A DNA stretch of 32,000 nt from the NCBI RefSeq assembly GCF_000011805.1, contig NC_006840.2, one strand, 5' to 3'. Shown here in pieces: positions 1 through 9,982 of this stretch. The notes beneath the pieces are model-generated. The model did not search any database. It was not told the origin of the DNA and worked only from the letters and a program-made list of their open reading frames with translations. The stretch is from Aliivibrio fischeri ES114 (lineage in GTDB: Bacteria > Pseudomonadota > Gammaproteobacteria > Enterobacterales > Vibrionaceae). Both the position numbers and the translations under genes were made by a program. How positions within the stretch are numbered: the first letter of the stretch is position 1; each line of letters starts with the position of its first letter.

Positions 1-835
1 CGTAGCGCTCTACTGGTAAGTGGTGACGACTTGGTGCTAAGTATTGACCCAGAGTAAGCATGGTTACACCATGAGCTCGTAAGTCTTTTAATACTTCAAC
101 AATCTCTTCTTTTGTTTCACCTAAGCCCATCATTAGGCCCGATTTAGTTGGAACGTTCGGGTGCTGTTCTTTGAACTTTTTAAGTAGATCTAAAGACCAT
201 TGGTAATTCGCTCCTGGGCGTACTTTACGGTAAAGACGAGGCGCGGTTTCTAAGTTATGGTTAAATACATCTGGTGGGTTATCGATCATCGCTTCAAGAG
301 CACGATCCATACGGCCACGGAAATCTGGAACCAATGTTTCAATGCGGATTTCAGGATTTAATGCACGGATTTCACGGTTACAATCTGCAAAATGCTGAGC
401 ACCACCATCACGTAAATCATCACGGTCAACCGAAGTAATTACAACATACTTCAATTTCATATCTTGAATTGTTTTAGCCAGTTTTTTTGGTTCTTCTGCT
501 TCTGGTGCAACAGGACGGCCATGGGCTACATCACAGAAAGGACAACGGCGGGTACAGATAGCACCTAAGATCATGAAGGTTGCAGTACCGTGGTTAAAAC
601 ATTCAGCTAGGTTAGGGCAAGATGCTTCTTCACATACCGAGTGAAGGTTATTCTTACGCATTGCTGACTTGATATCGTCGATACGTTTACTGCTAGCAGG
701 AAGTTTGATTTTCATCCATTCAGGCTTACGTAGTACTTCTTTTTGCTCTGTAGGCATGTTTTTAACTGGAATTAATGCCATTTTATCGGCATCGCGGTAT
801 TTTACACCTTTTTCCATTTGGATTGGCTTACTCAT
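1..835 (-). CDS. lipA: Lipoyl synthase LipA, C-terminus runs off the window's left edge
   Basis: Minus-strand translation from the ATG at 835-833 reads [26 protein letters not shown]...[41 protein letters not shown]. This includes the radical-SAM CxxxCxxC motif and the N-terminal LipA cluster motif. The ATG overlaps the lipB stop by 8 nt (ATGAGTAA). Confidence 0.95.
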   Translation of the reverse strand, partial: MSKPIQMEKGVKYRDADKMALIPVKNMPTEQKEVLRKPEWMKIKLPASSKRIDDIKSAMRKNNLHSVCEEASCPNLAECFNHGTATFMILGAICTRRCPFCDVAHGRPVAPEAEEPKKLAKTIQDMKLKYVVITSVDRDDLRDGGAQHFADCNREIRALNPEIRIETLVPDFRGRMDRALEAMIDNPPDVFNHNLETAPRLYRKVRPGANYQWSLDLLKKFKEQHPNVPTKSGLMMGLGETKEEIVEVLKDLRAHGVTMLTLGQYLAPSRHHLPVERY

Positions 836-1505
836 GATTGCTGCTTTCCGTTAAATACTCGATATCAGTGTAATCAAGTAGTGTTGTTAATTCTTTAATC
901 AGTAAAGGATGAACATCTTCGACGTGTTCTGCTTTATTCTCTACTGTCATGTTATCTTTAACTAAGTCATGAAGTTGGATCATTTCCATACCAGCATAAC
1001 CACAAGGGTTTATACGTAGGAAAGGAGATAAATCCATATTAATGTTAAGTGCTAATCCATGAAATGAACATCCTTTACGGATGCGTAATCCTAATGAGCA
1101 GATTTTCTTGTTATCAACATACACTCCCGGAGCATCAGGACGTGCTGCTGACTCAACATTAAAATGACTTAATGTATTGATTACGGTATTTTCAATATGC
1201 GTTACTAATTCACGTACACCAATGTTTTTACGTCGCAAATTAATTAATACATAAGCAACTAATTGACCCGGACCGTGATAAGTCACTTGTCCACCTCTAT
1301 CGCTTTTTACAATAGGGATATCACCAGCAGCAAGAACGTGTTCTTCTTTGCCTGCTTGTCCTTGTGTAAATACAGGGTTATGTTCCACTAGCCATACTTC
1401 ATCACATGTATTTTCATCACGTTCATCGGTAAAAGTATGCATTGCTTTCCATACCGGTTCGTAATCTTGTCGACCAAGATTTTTAACCACTAGACGTTTG
1501 TTCAA
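828..1505 (-). CDS. lipB: Octanoyltransferase LipB
   Basis: 225-aa ORF with LipB-like sequence ([35 protein letters not shown]). It sits immediately upstream of lipA. Confidence 0.93.
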   Translation of the reverse strand: MNKRLVVKNLGRQDYEPVWKAMHTFTDERDENTCDEVWLVEHNPVFTQGQAGKEEHVLAAGDIPIVKSDRGGQVTYHGPGQLVAYVLINLRRKNIGVRELVTHIENTVINTLSHFNVESAARPDAPGVYVDNKKICSLGLRIRKGCSFHGLALNINMDLSPFLRINPCGYAGMEMIQLHDLVKDNMTVENKAEHVEDVHPLLIKELTTLLDYTDIEYLTESSNHE

Positions 1506-1590
1506 TTAGATCACACTAGGTTGAAAATTTGCCTAATGATAGCAAGGATAGAAGGGAAGGAATAGATAAGAAATGTAGGGGTATATCAAA

Positions 1591-1631
1591 AGATCAAAAA
1601 GGTAGGCAATATTATCAACTAATATTGCCTA
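1591..1631 (-). terminator. Rho-independent terminator downstream of ybeD
   Basis: Perfect 11-bp stem (1603-1613 taggcaatatt / 1621-1631 aatattgccta) with a 7-nt loop. On the minus strand it is followed by CCTTTTTGATCTTTT. Confidence 0.75.
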
Positions 1632-1639
1632 TCATTTTA

Positions 1640-1921
1640 TTACAGAACCATACGAACGATTTCGATTTCCGCTAGTTCTTTATAAAGCGTTTCTACTTGC
1701 TCAATAGAGGTCGCTGTAATGCTTACAGATACTGAGTGGTAGTTACCTTTGCCACTTGGCTTTACTGCTGGTGTGTAATCGCCAGGAGCATGACGTTGGA
1801 TTACTTCAAGAACAAGCTCAGGTAGCTCTTCATGAGCAAGGCCAACGGCTTTGTAAGTAAATTTACATGGGAATTCTAGAAGATCTTTTAGCTTTGGTTG
1901 CTCTTGCATAACCGTCTCCAA
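1640..1921 (-). CDS. ybeD: UPF0250/DUF493 small protein YbeD
   Basis: 93-aa ORF with a YbeD-like sequence. It occupies the conserved position between dacA and lipB. Confidence 0.85.
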   Translation of the reverse strand: METVMQEQPKLKDLLEFPCKFTYKAVGLAHEELPELVLEVIQRHAPGDYTPAVKPSGKGNYHSVSVSITATSIEQVETLYKELAEIEIVRMVL

Positions 1922-1994
1922 TCGAGAGTGGATAATATATGTTGAGAATATTACTGTGACCTAGGTCAGATAACAAGTGTTAATCCAGTAAATT

Positions 1995-2020
1995 AAAAAA
2001 GGCAACCGAAGCTGCCTTTT
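1995..2020 (-). terminator. Rho-independent terminator downstream of dacA
   Basis: The minus strand reads GGCAGC-TTCG-GTTGCC followed by TTTTTT. This is a 6-bp stem including one G.U pair, with a UUCG loop. Confidence 0.75.
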
Positions 2021-2044
2021 ATGTGTTTTAAGTTTAGCTGAATA

Positions 2045-3220
2045 TTAGCTTAACCAGCCTTTAAACATTAGAACAATGTAATCGATAAGACGGCTAAAGA
2101 TGCCACCTTCTTCAACATCATTTAGAGCTAATAGTGGGTATTCAGCAATGTCTTCACCATCGATTTGGTAGTAAAGCTTACCAACAACATCACCTTTGTA
2201 GATAGGTGCTTCAAGCGTTTTTTCTAATACAAAGCTTGCTGTCATTTTCTTAGCTTGGCCACGTGGTAAAGTAACATACGTGTCTTCTGCAACACCTAAA
2301 GCAACTTCGTCAGTGCTACCCATCCATACTTTTTCAGTTACGAATGTTTCATTAGCTTTATGTGGAGAAACAGTTTCAAAGAAACGGAAACCGTAATTCA
2401 GTAACTTTTTACTTTCAGCTTTACGCGCATTACCAGATTTAGTTCCCATAACAACGGCAACTAAACGCATTTTGCCTTCAGTTGCTGAACTTACTAGGTT
2501 AAAACCAGCACCGTTTGTATGGCCTGTTTTAATGCCATCAACGTTCATGCTTTTATCCCACAATAGACCATTTCGGTTGTATTGAGTGATACCGTTGTAA
2601 GTGAATGATTTTTCAGAATATACGCGATATTCTTCAGGTACATCTCGGATTAATGCTTGACCAATCAATGCCATATCATAAGGCGTTGAGTATAGGTCAT
2701 CACGATCAAGACCATGAACGTTAGCAAAGTGTGTGTTTTTCAGATTTAATGTTTTTGCCCACGCGTTCATTAGGTCAACGAATGCATCTTCAGAGCCGGC
2801 TACGTGTTCAGCCATAGCAACACAAGCATCGTTACCTGATTGAATGATAATACCTTTATTAAGTTCACGAACTTTTACAGTACTACCCACTTCGATGAAC
2901 ATTTTTGATGAACCAGGGAAGTTTTTAGCCCAAGCATTTTTGCTGATAACAACATCGTCATCCATTGAAATGTTGCCACTTTCAATTTCTTGACCGATAA
3001 CATAACTTGTCATCATTTTAGTTAAGCTTGCAGGGTTCATACGAACGTTCATATCTTTTTCAGCCAATACTTTGCCTGAATGATAGTCCATTAATACGTA
3101 GCCTTTAGCTGCGATTTGCGGTGCATTTGGAATAACCGCAGGTGCTGCTACAGCAACGGTTGAGCCTAAAATAAAGCTCGATAAGATAAGTCGTTTTAAC
3201 TGTTTCGCTGAATTTTTCAT
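2045..3220 (-). CDS. dacA: D-alanyl-D-alanine carboxypeptidase (PBP5/6 family)
   Basis: 391-aa ORF with a signal peptide and the SLTK (SxxK), SGN and KTG motifs of class-C low-MW PBPs. Confidence 0.92.
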   Translation of the reverse strand: MKNSAKQLKRLILSSFILGSTVAVAAPAVIPNAPQIAAKGYVLMDYHSGKVLAEKDMNVRMNPASLTKMMTSYVIGQEIESGNISMDDDVVISKNAWAKNFPGSSKMFIEVGSTVKVRELNKGIIIQSGNDACVAMAEHVAGSEDAFVDLMNAWAKTLNLKNTHFANVHGLDRDDLYSTPYDMALIGQALIRDVPEEYRVYSEKSFTYNGITQYNRNGLLWDKSMNVDGIKTGHTNGAGFNLVSSATEGKMRLVAVVMGTKSGNARKAESKKLLNYGFRFFETVSPHKANETFVTEKVWMGSTDEVALGVAEDTYVTLPRGQAKKMTASFVLEKTLEAPIYKGDVVGKLYYQIDGEDIAEYPLLALNDVEEGGIFSRLIDYIVLMFKGWLS

Positions 3221-3459
3221 AATAATAACTTTGCACTGTGAGGTAGTGAAACTGCGTACATAATAGCAGATTTGAATATCATAACCAGATGTGTAATTAA
3301 ATAACTGATTTTATATGAAAAGAAAGATAATAAAAATTCATCTGCTCTTTTTATGAGACATCCCTATCTTGTTGTTATCTAAAGACAATAAGATTCTGCA
3401 TTAGTTCATTAATATTTACATCAATAAGAGATGCTGGATATTTACTTACAATATTTACT

Positions 3460-3493
3460 AAAGATTGACATTTCTGTTGATATTGTCATCTTT
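3460..3493 (-). other. Imperfect hairpin just downstream of the rlpA stop (possible attenuator or terminator)
   Basis: The minus strand reads AAAGATGACA-13 nt-TGTCA(A)TCTTT, a stem of about 10 bp with one bulge. There is no clean T-run, so function is uncertain. Confidence 0.3.
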
Positions 3494-3500
3494 GAAATCA

Positions 3501-4310
3501 TTATTTCTTCAATTCTTGGATGATAAACGCTGAAGTATATTGTCCATTTTTTGCTTCGATCAATGTTTTATCTGCTCTGTCTCTATCAATAAAAGGCCCT
3601 AAACGAACACGGTAAACATTGCCTGATTTTATAATGTTTGTTGGAGCATTAAATTGAGCTTCTAGTTTCTTTGCTATTTTATCCGCACTTTGTTCATTTT
3701 TAACGGCGACCATTTGAATATGATATTGATTAGGGTCTATTGCGTGCCATTCTTGCGGGTTAGTCGGTTTAGCTACAGAAATATATTCGATTTTAACATT
3801 TGCTGTACCGGTTTTAAGTACATCAAGTTTGGCGGCAGCTGCAAAACTTAAGTCTATGATCCGACCTTCATGAAAAGGTCCACGATCATTAACTCGAACA
3901 ATGGCTGTTTTTCCATTGTCTTTGTTAGTTACTTTTACATAACTTGGAAGCGGCAGTGTTTTATGAGCAGCACTCATTGAATACATATCATAAACTTCGC
4001 CATTTGATGTTTTATGGCCATGAAATTTTTTGCCATACCAAGAACTTATCCCTTCTTGAGTGAACCCTTTGGGTTCTTTCACTATCGGGTAATCTTTGCC
4101 TAATAAGGTGTAATCTTTGTTGCCATATAAGCTTTTTGGCTCGTAGCGAGGGTGAGCATCTTCGATATGTTCAACTGAAATTGGCATATCCGGAGCAATA
4201 TCATTATCAATTTGATAACGACCAGCATTAGGTTCATCAGTTGTTTTTTGGGGTGGTTCAGAAGCACAACCCGCTAATATAAGAGAAACTGCAAGTAGAA
4301 TAACACGCAT
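3501..4310 (-). CDS. rlpA: Septal ring lytic transglycosylase RlpA (lipoprotein with DPBB and SPOR domains)
   Basis: 269-aa ORF with lipobox LAGC, an RlpA-like core (SWYGKKFHGHKTSNGEVYD) and a C-terminal SPOR-like region. Its ATG overlaps the rodA stop (TAATG). Confidence 0.9.
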   Translation of the reverse strand: MRVILLAVSLILAGCASEPPQKTTDEPNAGRYQIDNDIAPDMPISVEHIEDAHPRYEPKSLYGNKDYTLLGKDYPIVKEPKGFTQEGISSWYGKKFHGHKTSNGEVYDMYSMSAAHKTLPLPSYVKVTNKDNGKTAIVRVNDRGPFHEGRIIDLSFAAAAKLDVLKTGTANVKIEYISVAKPTNPQEWHAIDPNQYHIQMVAVKNEQSADKIAKKLEAQFNAPTNIIKSGNVYRVRLGPFIDRDRADKTLIEAKNGQYTSAFIIQELKK

Positions 4311-5431
4311 TAATTTGCCTTTGAGTGAACTTTTCTATGTGTATGGATTGACATTAAAATACCAAAGCCTGCCATTAGGGTAACCATGGATGTTCCTCCA
4401 TAACTAACTAATGGAAGAGGGACACCAACAACAGGAAGAATACCACTTACCATGCCTATGTTTACAAAAATATAAACAAAGAAGCTTAGCACCACACTTC
4501 CTCCCATCATTCGTCCAAATGCAGTTTGCGCTTGGCTTGCTAAGAATAAACCACGACCAATAATAAATAGGTAGAGAGCAAGTAAAGCGATAACACCAAT
4601 AAGCCCCCATTCTTCAGCAATCACTGCAAAAATGAAATCGGTATGTCGCTCTGGTATGAATTCAAGTTGAGATTGGGTTCCGTGTAACCATCCTTTTCCT
4701 AATAGGCCGCCAGAACCAATAGCTATCTTGGATTGAATAATATGATAACCAGCACCAAGTGGATCAGATTCAGGGTTAAATAATGTTTGAACACGAACTT
4801 TTTGATAAGGTCGCATCAAGAAGAACCATAAAATAGGGATAAAAGCGCCAACGGCAACTGCTGCTGCTGTGATTATTTTCCAACTGATACCTGCTAGAAA
4901 AATAACGAAGATACCCGATGCTGCAATCAGTATAGAAGTGCCTAGATCTGGTTGTTTAGCAATCATAATGGTCGGAACAAAGACCATTAATAGAGCAAAA
5001 AATAGAGTTCTAACGGTTGGCGGTAATGGTTTATTGCCGATATAACGAGCCACCATTAATGGTACGGCTAATTTGATAAGTTCTGATGGTTGAAATCGAA
5101 CAAAGCCGAAGTTCAACCATCGTTGAGCGCCTTTTGACGCCTCTCCAAAAAGGAGAACCCCTAATAATAGGAAAATTCCTATAGTGAAAACATAGGGAGC
5201 AGCGGCTTCGTAGGCTCTTGGTGATATTTGCGCAAGAAAGAACATGACACCCAAAGAAAGCAACATTCTCATTGCTTGCTTATCCATCATCAATAAGCTT
5301 TGACCACTAGCGCTATACATAATAACTAAGGCACATGCCATCAATAATAAAATGCCTAGCAATAGTGGTAAATCTAAATGGATACGATGAAAAAAGTCGC
5401 GATTCTTTCCTGATGCAATATCAACTCTCAT
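4310..5431 (-). CDS. mrdB: Peptidoglycan glycosyltransferase RodA (SEDS family)
   Basis: 373-aa polytopic membrane ORF with RodA/FtsW-family sequence. It is coupled to mrdA upstream. Confidence 0.93.
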   Translation of the reverse strand: MRVDIASGKNRDFFHRIHLDLPLLLGILLLMACALVIMYSASGQSLLMMDKQAMRMLLSLGVMFFLAQISPRAYEAAAPYVFTIGIFLLLGVLLFGEASKGAQRWLNFGFVRFQPSELIKLAVPLMVARYIGNKPLPPTVRTLFFALLMVFVPTIMIAKQPDLGTSILIAASGIFVIFLAGISWKIITAAAVAVGAFIPILWFFLMRPYQKVRVQTLFNPESDPLGAGYHIIQSKIAIGSGGLLGKGWLHGTQSQLEFIPERHTDFIFAVIAEEWGLIGVIALLALYLFIIGRGLFLASQAQTAFGRMMGGSVVLSFFVYIFVNIGMVSGILPVVGVPLPLVSYGGTSMVTLMAGFGILMSIHTHRKVHSKAN

Positions 5432-7311
5432 TACTTCTTAGCTGCCTCTTCCGTTTTCGGTAGTAATACATAATCGAAGACGTGACGAGCTATTGGACCA
5501 CCTTGGCTAGAGCCACCACCACCATTCTCTAATACGAGAGAAATAATAACTTTTGGATCTTTTGCTGGTGCAAAACCGGTAAATAAAGCGTGGTCACGCA
5601 AATGCTCTGCAATTTCATCAGCATTATATTCTTCATCTTCTTTTAGACCGAATACTTGCGATGTACCTGATTTACCTGCACTCACATAAGGTGTGCCTGC
5701 AAAAGCTCTTCTTGCTGTACCTTTACGTCCATTATTTACTAGAATCATGCCATCAATAGCTAATTGCCAGTAACTGTCTTTTACCCCTTCAATTGGTGGG
5801 TAAGGCTCTGGTTCATAAGGCACTTCTTTATTATTTTCAATAATACCTTTTAATAAATGTGGTGCTTGAACTTTACCATGGTTGGTTAATACAGCAGTTG
5901 CTTTTGCAAGCTGCATTGGCGTTGCTGTCCAATAGCCTTGACCAATACCTACAGGGATAGTATCCCCTTGATACCATGGGGTACGGAAACGGGCAACTTT
6001 CCATTCTCGAGTAGGCATATTCGCTTTGCTTTCTTCACGAATATCAATACCGGTGTAATCACCAAAACCAAACTTCATCATCCACGTTGATAGTCTATCA
6101 ATGCCCATATCATAGGCGATTTGATAGAAGAAGGTATCAACAGACTCTTCAATAGATTGTTTTAAGTTAACTGTACCGTGACCCCAGCGCTTCCAGTCTC
6201 TAAATGGTTTAGTCTTAGAGTTAGGTATGCGCCAATAACCCGGGTCATCACGAGTTGTTTCTGTCGTAACAATTTTCTCTTTTAATGCTGCAACAGCAAT
6301 AAATGGTTTTACGGTTGATGCTGGCGGATAGATACCTAATGTGCTTCTGTTAACTAATGGACGATCAGGATCATTTAATAGAGCGCTGTAATTTTTACTT
6401 GAAATACCATGTACAAATAAGTTTGGATCATAGCTTGGGCTTGAAACCATAGCTAAAACTGCACTGGTTTTAGGGTCAAGTACAATGGCAGAACCTCTGC
6501 GTCCATCCAGTTGTTTTTCAACAAACTTTTGAAGTTTTATATCAAGGTTTAATACGATGTCTTTACCAGGGATTGGTGGTACGTATTTTAACGTTCGAAT
6601 TACTCGGCCTCGGCTATTAACTTCAACTTCTTGATAGCCGGCGGTTCCATGAAGGATATCTTCATAAAAGCGTTCAATACCTAATTTACCAATATCACGA
6701 GTTGCTTGATAATTTGCGTCTTTTTCTTCACGTGCTAAACGAGCCAAATCACGATCGTTAATTTTAGCTACATAACCAAGTACATGAGTGAGTGTTTTTC
6801 CGTAAGGATAAAAGCGCTTTAAGTAGGCTTTTATTTCAACACCTTGGAATTTATGCTGATTCACAGAAAATATCGCTACCTGTTCTTGCGTTAGTTGGGT
6901 AAGAAGAGGGACGGATTTAAAACGACGAGTTCGGCGACGTTCTTTCTGAAAGTCATCAATATTATCTTGTGTTATTGGCAAGATAGTTTGTAATTCTGTA
7001 AACAAAAGAGAAAGATCTGACACTTTGTCAGGGGTGACTTCTAAATTAAAAACAGGGCGGTTTTCCGCTAATGGATTTCCGCTTCTATCAAAGATTAATC
7101 CTCGGTTTGGTGCGATAGGGACTATCTTAATACGGTTATCATTTGAGCGTGTTTTATAATCTTGAAATTCATTGATTTGAATGTTGTACAAGTTAGTCAA
7201 AAGCAGACCAATAAGTACAATGATCCCTGAAAACGAGATAATTGCACGTGATGCAAATAATCTCGTTTCAGCGTGATAGTCACGGATCTGTGTGCGTTTG
7301 CGCTTAATCAA
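5431..7311 (-). CDS. mrdA: Penicillin-binding protein 2 (elongasome transpeptidase)
   Basis: 626-aa ORF with an N-terminal TM anchor and the STVK (SxxK) and KSGT motifs. It has the conserved mrdA-rodA pairing. Confidence 0.94.
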   Translation of the reverse strand: MIKRKRTQIRDYHAETRLFASRAIISFSGIIVLIGLLLTNLYNIQINEFQDYKTRSNDNRIKIVPIAPNRGLIFDRSGNPLAENRPVFNLEVTPDKVSDLSLLFTELQTILPITQDNIDDFQKERRRTRRFKSVPLLTQLTQEQVAIFSVNQHKFQGVEIKAYLKRFYPYGKTLTHVLGYVAKINDRDLARLAREEKDANYQATRDIGKLGIERFYEDILHGTAGYQEVEVNSRGRVIRTLKYVPPIPGKDIVLNLDIKLQKFVEKQLDGRRGSAIVLDPKTSAVLAMVSSPSYDPNLFVHGISSKNYSALLNDPDRPLVNRSTLGIYPPASTVKPFIAVAALKEKIVTTETTRDDPGYWRIPNSKTKPFRDWKRWGHGTVNLKQSIEESVDTFFYQIAYDMGIDRLSTWMMKFGFGDYTGIDIREESKANMPTREWKVARFRTPWYQGDTIPVGIGQGYWTATPMQLAKATAVLTNHGKVQAPHLLKGIIENNKEVPYEPEPYPPIEGVKDSYWQLAIDGMILVNNGRKGTARRAFAGTPYVSAGKSGTSQVFGLKEDEEYNADEIAEHLRDHALFTGFAPAKDPKVIISLVLENGGGGSSQGGPIARHVFDYVLLPKTEEAAKK

Positions 7312-7314
7312 CTC

Positions 7315-7785
7315 TTATTCTCTATGGTAAGGATGATTTGCCGTAATACTCCATGCTCGATATAGGCTTTCAGCCATGACAACTCGAACCAGAGGGTGAG
7401 GGAGGGTTAGTGGTGATAAAGACCAGCTTTGATCGGCCGCTGCCTTACATGCAGGAGCCAAACCTTCAGGGCCACCTATTAAAATAGATACATCACGAGC
7501 GTCTAATTTCCAAGCTTCCAGTTGTTCTGCTAATTGCTCTGTATCCCAGCGTTTTCCAGGAATATCAAGCGTTACGATACGGTTGCCTTTAGGAACAGCA
7601 GCAAGCATTGCTTCACCTTCTTTTTGAAGGATTCGAGCTATGTCGGCATTTTTACCACGTTTTCCTGCTGTGATTTCTACGAGCTCAAGAGGCATATCTT
7701 TAGGGAAGCGTCGGCTGTATTCTTTGTAGCCTTCTTCAACCCATTTAGGCATTTTAGTTCCAACAGCGACTAACTGAATTTTCAT
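7315..7785 (-). CDS. rlmH: 23S rRNA (pseudouridine1915-N3)-methyltransferase RlmH
   Basis: 156-aa SPOUT-family ORF ending in ...[10 protein letters not shown], typical of RlmH. Confidence 0.92.
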   Translation of the reverse strand: MKIQLVAVGTKMPKWVEEGYKEYSRRFPKDMPLELVEITAGKRGKNADIARILQKEGEAMLAAVPKGNRIVTLDIPGKRWDTEQLAEQLEAWKLDARDVSILIGGPEGLAPACKAAADQSWSLSPLTLPHPLVRVVMAESLYRAWSITANHPYHRE

Positions 7786-7789
7786 GGAG

Positions 7790-8116
7790 TTAGCTCCACA
7801 GTTTTTCTAGTTGGTATAACTCACGGTGTTCTTCTTGTAGGATATGAACCATAACATTTCCCATATCGACAACAACCCATTCGCCTTCTGATTCACCATC
7901 AATCCCATAAGGCATTAGGCCAGCTTCTTTTGCTTTGTCTGATACATTTGATGCAATAGAGCTTACATGACGTTTAGATGTTCCTGTACATACGATCATA
8001 AAATCGGTAATGCTTGATTTACCACGAACATCAAGAGTTGTTATGTTTTCAGCTTTCATATCATCAACGTTGTTGAATAGAAAATCATGGAGTTCTTTAT
8101 CTTGCAAAGTCATCAC
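7790..8116 (-). CDS. rsfS: Ribosomal silencing factor RsfS (Iojap/YbeB)
   Basis: 108-aa ORF ending in ...LYQLEKLWS, with an RsfS-like core ([18 protein letters not shown]). The start may be the second Met. Confidence 0.9.
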   Translation of the reverse strand: MMTLQDKELHDFLFNNVDDMKAENITTLDVRGKSSITDFMIVCTGTSKRHVSSIASNVSDKAKEAGLMPYGIDGESEGEWVVVDMGNVMVHILQEEHRELYQLEKLWS

Positions 8117-8160
8117 CTAGAAATGGGTTATTTATAATGAAGTATATCAGTGAACGCCGC

Positions 8161-9195
8161 TTAATGAGAGACGTTCGATGTCACCGAAATGTGAATATTG
8201 CACATATCTAGCGTTAGTTGGCTAAGTTGTGGCCAGCAATCACTGTCATAGTCTGTTTTTGTCGCTATTTCGATCTGTGCAAGTAAGCGAATTAATTGTT
8301 TTATTTGAGTTATTGATAAGCGCTGTAAAGCTGCTTGATATAGTGCTCGGCGGTTTTGCCATACTTTATATCGATCAAAAACAGTAAACATTGCTTCGCC
8401 TTGAGATAGCGAATATTGGAATGTTTGTAGTAACAGTAGCTCTTTTTGTAATGTGCGCAGAAGAATGATGACTTCTGTTCCTTCACTTTCAAGTTGACGA
8501 AGAATGCGCTGTGCACGTTTGGCTTGACCTGATAATAACGTGTCGACCAATTGAAACGGCGTAAAATGATTGTTTCTATTTAAGGCTTCTTCTATTCGAA
8601 TTAATGTTAGTAAGCCATCAGGATATAAAAGGGCTAATTTATCTAGGCTTTGAGCAAGCGCTAATAAATTGCCTTCGTGCCATTGGGCAAGCATTTGAAT
8701 CGCTTCTGCATCAGGTTTTAGCTTTAACTTTTTACAACGTTGTTGGATAAAACGAGGTAACTGCTGATTGTCAGGTGTATTACATGGAATAAATAAACCT
8801 AACTGCGTTAACGCCTTAAACCACTGGGTGTTTTCTTGAGCTTTATTAACTCTTGGGCCTTGTAACAATAAAATTATATCGTCATGCAGTGTTGGTACGA
8901 GTTCTTTTAGCTTGCTTGTATGTGCGGTTGTCATTCCAGTGTCAGGAATGGTTAGCTCTATTATTTGTCTAGATGAAAAAAGGCTTAACGCTTGAGTGCA
9001 ATCAAATACGTTATTCCAATCTAACTGCTTATCCAGTGTAAATTGGTGTTTTTCTTCAAAACCTTGAGTAAATGCCGCTTGGCGAATTGCATCAAGGCTT
9101 TCTTGTTTTAACAGAGGCTCATTACCAAACAGCAAATAGCATTGACGTAGCCCACGTTCTAAGTTTTGAGCTAATTGTTCAGGGAATACACGCAT
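8161..9195 (-). CDS. holA: DNA polymerase III delta subunit
   Basis: 344-aa ORF with a HolA-like N-terminus (MRVFPEQLAQNLERGLRQCYLLFGNEPLL). It follows the conserved lptE-holA order. Confidence 0.88.
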   Translation of the reverse strand: MRVFPEQLAQNLERGLRQCYLLFGNEPLLKQESLDAIRQAAFTQGFEEKHQFTLDKQLDWNNVFDCTQALSLFSSRQIIELTIPDTGMTTAHTSKLKELVPTLHDDIILLLQGPRVNKAQENTQWFKALTQLGLFIPCNTPDNQQLPRFIQQRCKKLKLKPDAEAIQMLAQWHEGNLLALAQSLDKLALLYPDGLLTLIRIEEALNRNNHFTPFQLVDTLLSGQAKRAQRILRQLESEGTEVIILLRTLQKELLLLQTFQYSLSQGEAMFTVFDRYKVWQNRRALYQAALQRLSITQIKQLIRLLAQIEIATKTDYDSDCWPQLSQLTLDMCNIHISVTSNVSH

Positions 9196-9197
9196 GA

Positions 9198-9815
9198 TTA
9201 TTGAGTTGTTTCAGCTGTAGTGCTCATTGATTTTATGACTTCTTTCGTTGTCACTTTACTTTCAGTTTCATCATCGTGCGTAATTACATCGCTTGTTTCC
9301 ACTGGTGCATCATCTGCTTTTAAACGCGCCATTTGGCGTAAAATCTGCTCAGCTGCTTGAGCTCGCATCTCTTCTTCGATCATATCTCGTTCAACCGATT
9401 TTGCTAAGGCTGTTAGTGGGTTATCAAGGTAATTACGGTTTACCGTTGTTGTATATGTTTTTAAATCATGGCCCGGAATTAAAACGCTATAGCTAACATT
9501 GTAAGTAAGCTCTTTTTCGGCCGCACGGCTGTTTTGATAAAGTGACAAAGTACGCTCATTTAGACTTTCACTGATTAAATCTAAACTTGGAGTTACCGTT
9601 GTTGGTGCGACCTGACGGATACCATTCATGCGAAGTTGCTTTTGAACATCACGAGTTAGTGAACTGTATTGGTCAAAACTCGTTAATGATATTTCATGAA
9701 CTTCATCTGGTAATAAATAATCACCACGTAGGTGAAACCCACAGGCTGAAGTCATTAATGAAAGAGTCAGAACGATTACCGTTCGAAGAGAAAATAGAGA
9801 TAAAAGTCGTTTCAC
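9198..9815 (-). CDS. lptE: LPS assembly lipoprotein LptE
   Basis: 205-aa ORF with lipobox MTSAC followed by GFHLRG, as in LptE. It lies directly downstream of leuS. Confidence 0.88.
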   Translation of the reverse strand: MKRLLSLFSLRTVIVLTLSLMTSACGFHLRGDYLLPDEVHEISLTSFDQYSSLTRDVQKQLRMNGIRQVAPTTVTPSLDLISESLNERTLSLYQNSRAAEKELTYNVSYSVLIPGHDLKTYTTTVNRNYLDNPLTALAKSVERDMIEEEMRAQAAEQILRQMARLKADDAPVETSDVITHDDETESKVTTKEVIKSMSTTAETTQ

Positions 9816-9905
9816 CGAGTAACTCCCTCAAGTGGTGATAAAAATGCTTATTTAACCACTTTATCGGCTCTCTTATGGATTGCATAAGACAAAATGGTTA
9901 AATAA

Positions 9906-9972
9906 GCACAAGCGGATAGCCGCTTATGCTTTAGTAGAAAAGTAATAAGAAAAATGGTTCAAATTACTTTTC
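9906..9972 (-). other. Two consecutive hairpins between leuS and lptE
   Basis: Hairpin 1 is GAAAAGTAAT (9937-9946) paired with ATTACTTTTC (9963-9972), a 10-bp stem with a 16-nt loop. Hairpin 2 is 9906-9929, a 10-bp stem (GCATAAGCGG/CCGCTTGTGC on the minus strand, including one G.U pair) followed by a T-rich tract. Confidence 0.45.
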
Positions 9973-9982
9973 TTATCGTTTC

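Noticed and set aside
3316-3357. A 13-codon mini-ORF (MKRKIIKIHLLFL) in the 280-bp AT-rich dacA/rlpA intergenic region.
   Set aside because: It has no convincing RBS, it lies on the strand opposite to the flanking operon, and an ORF of this length is expected by chance in AT-rich sequence.
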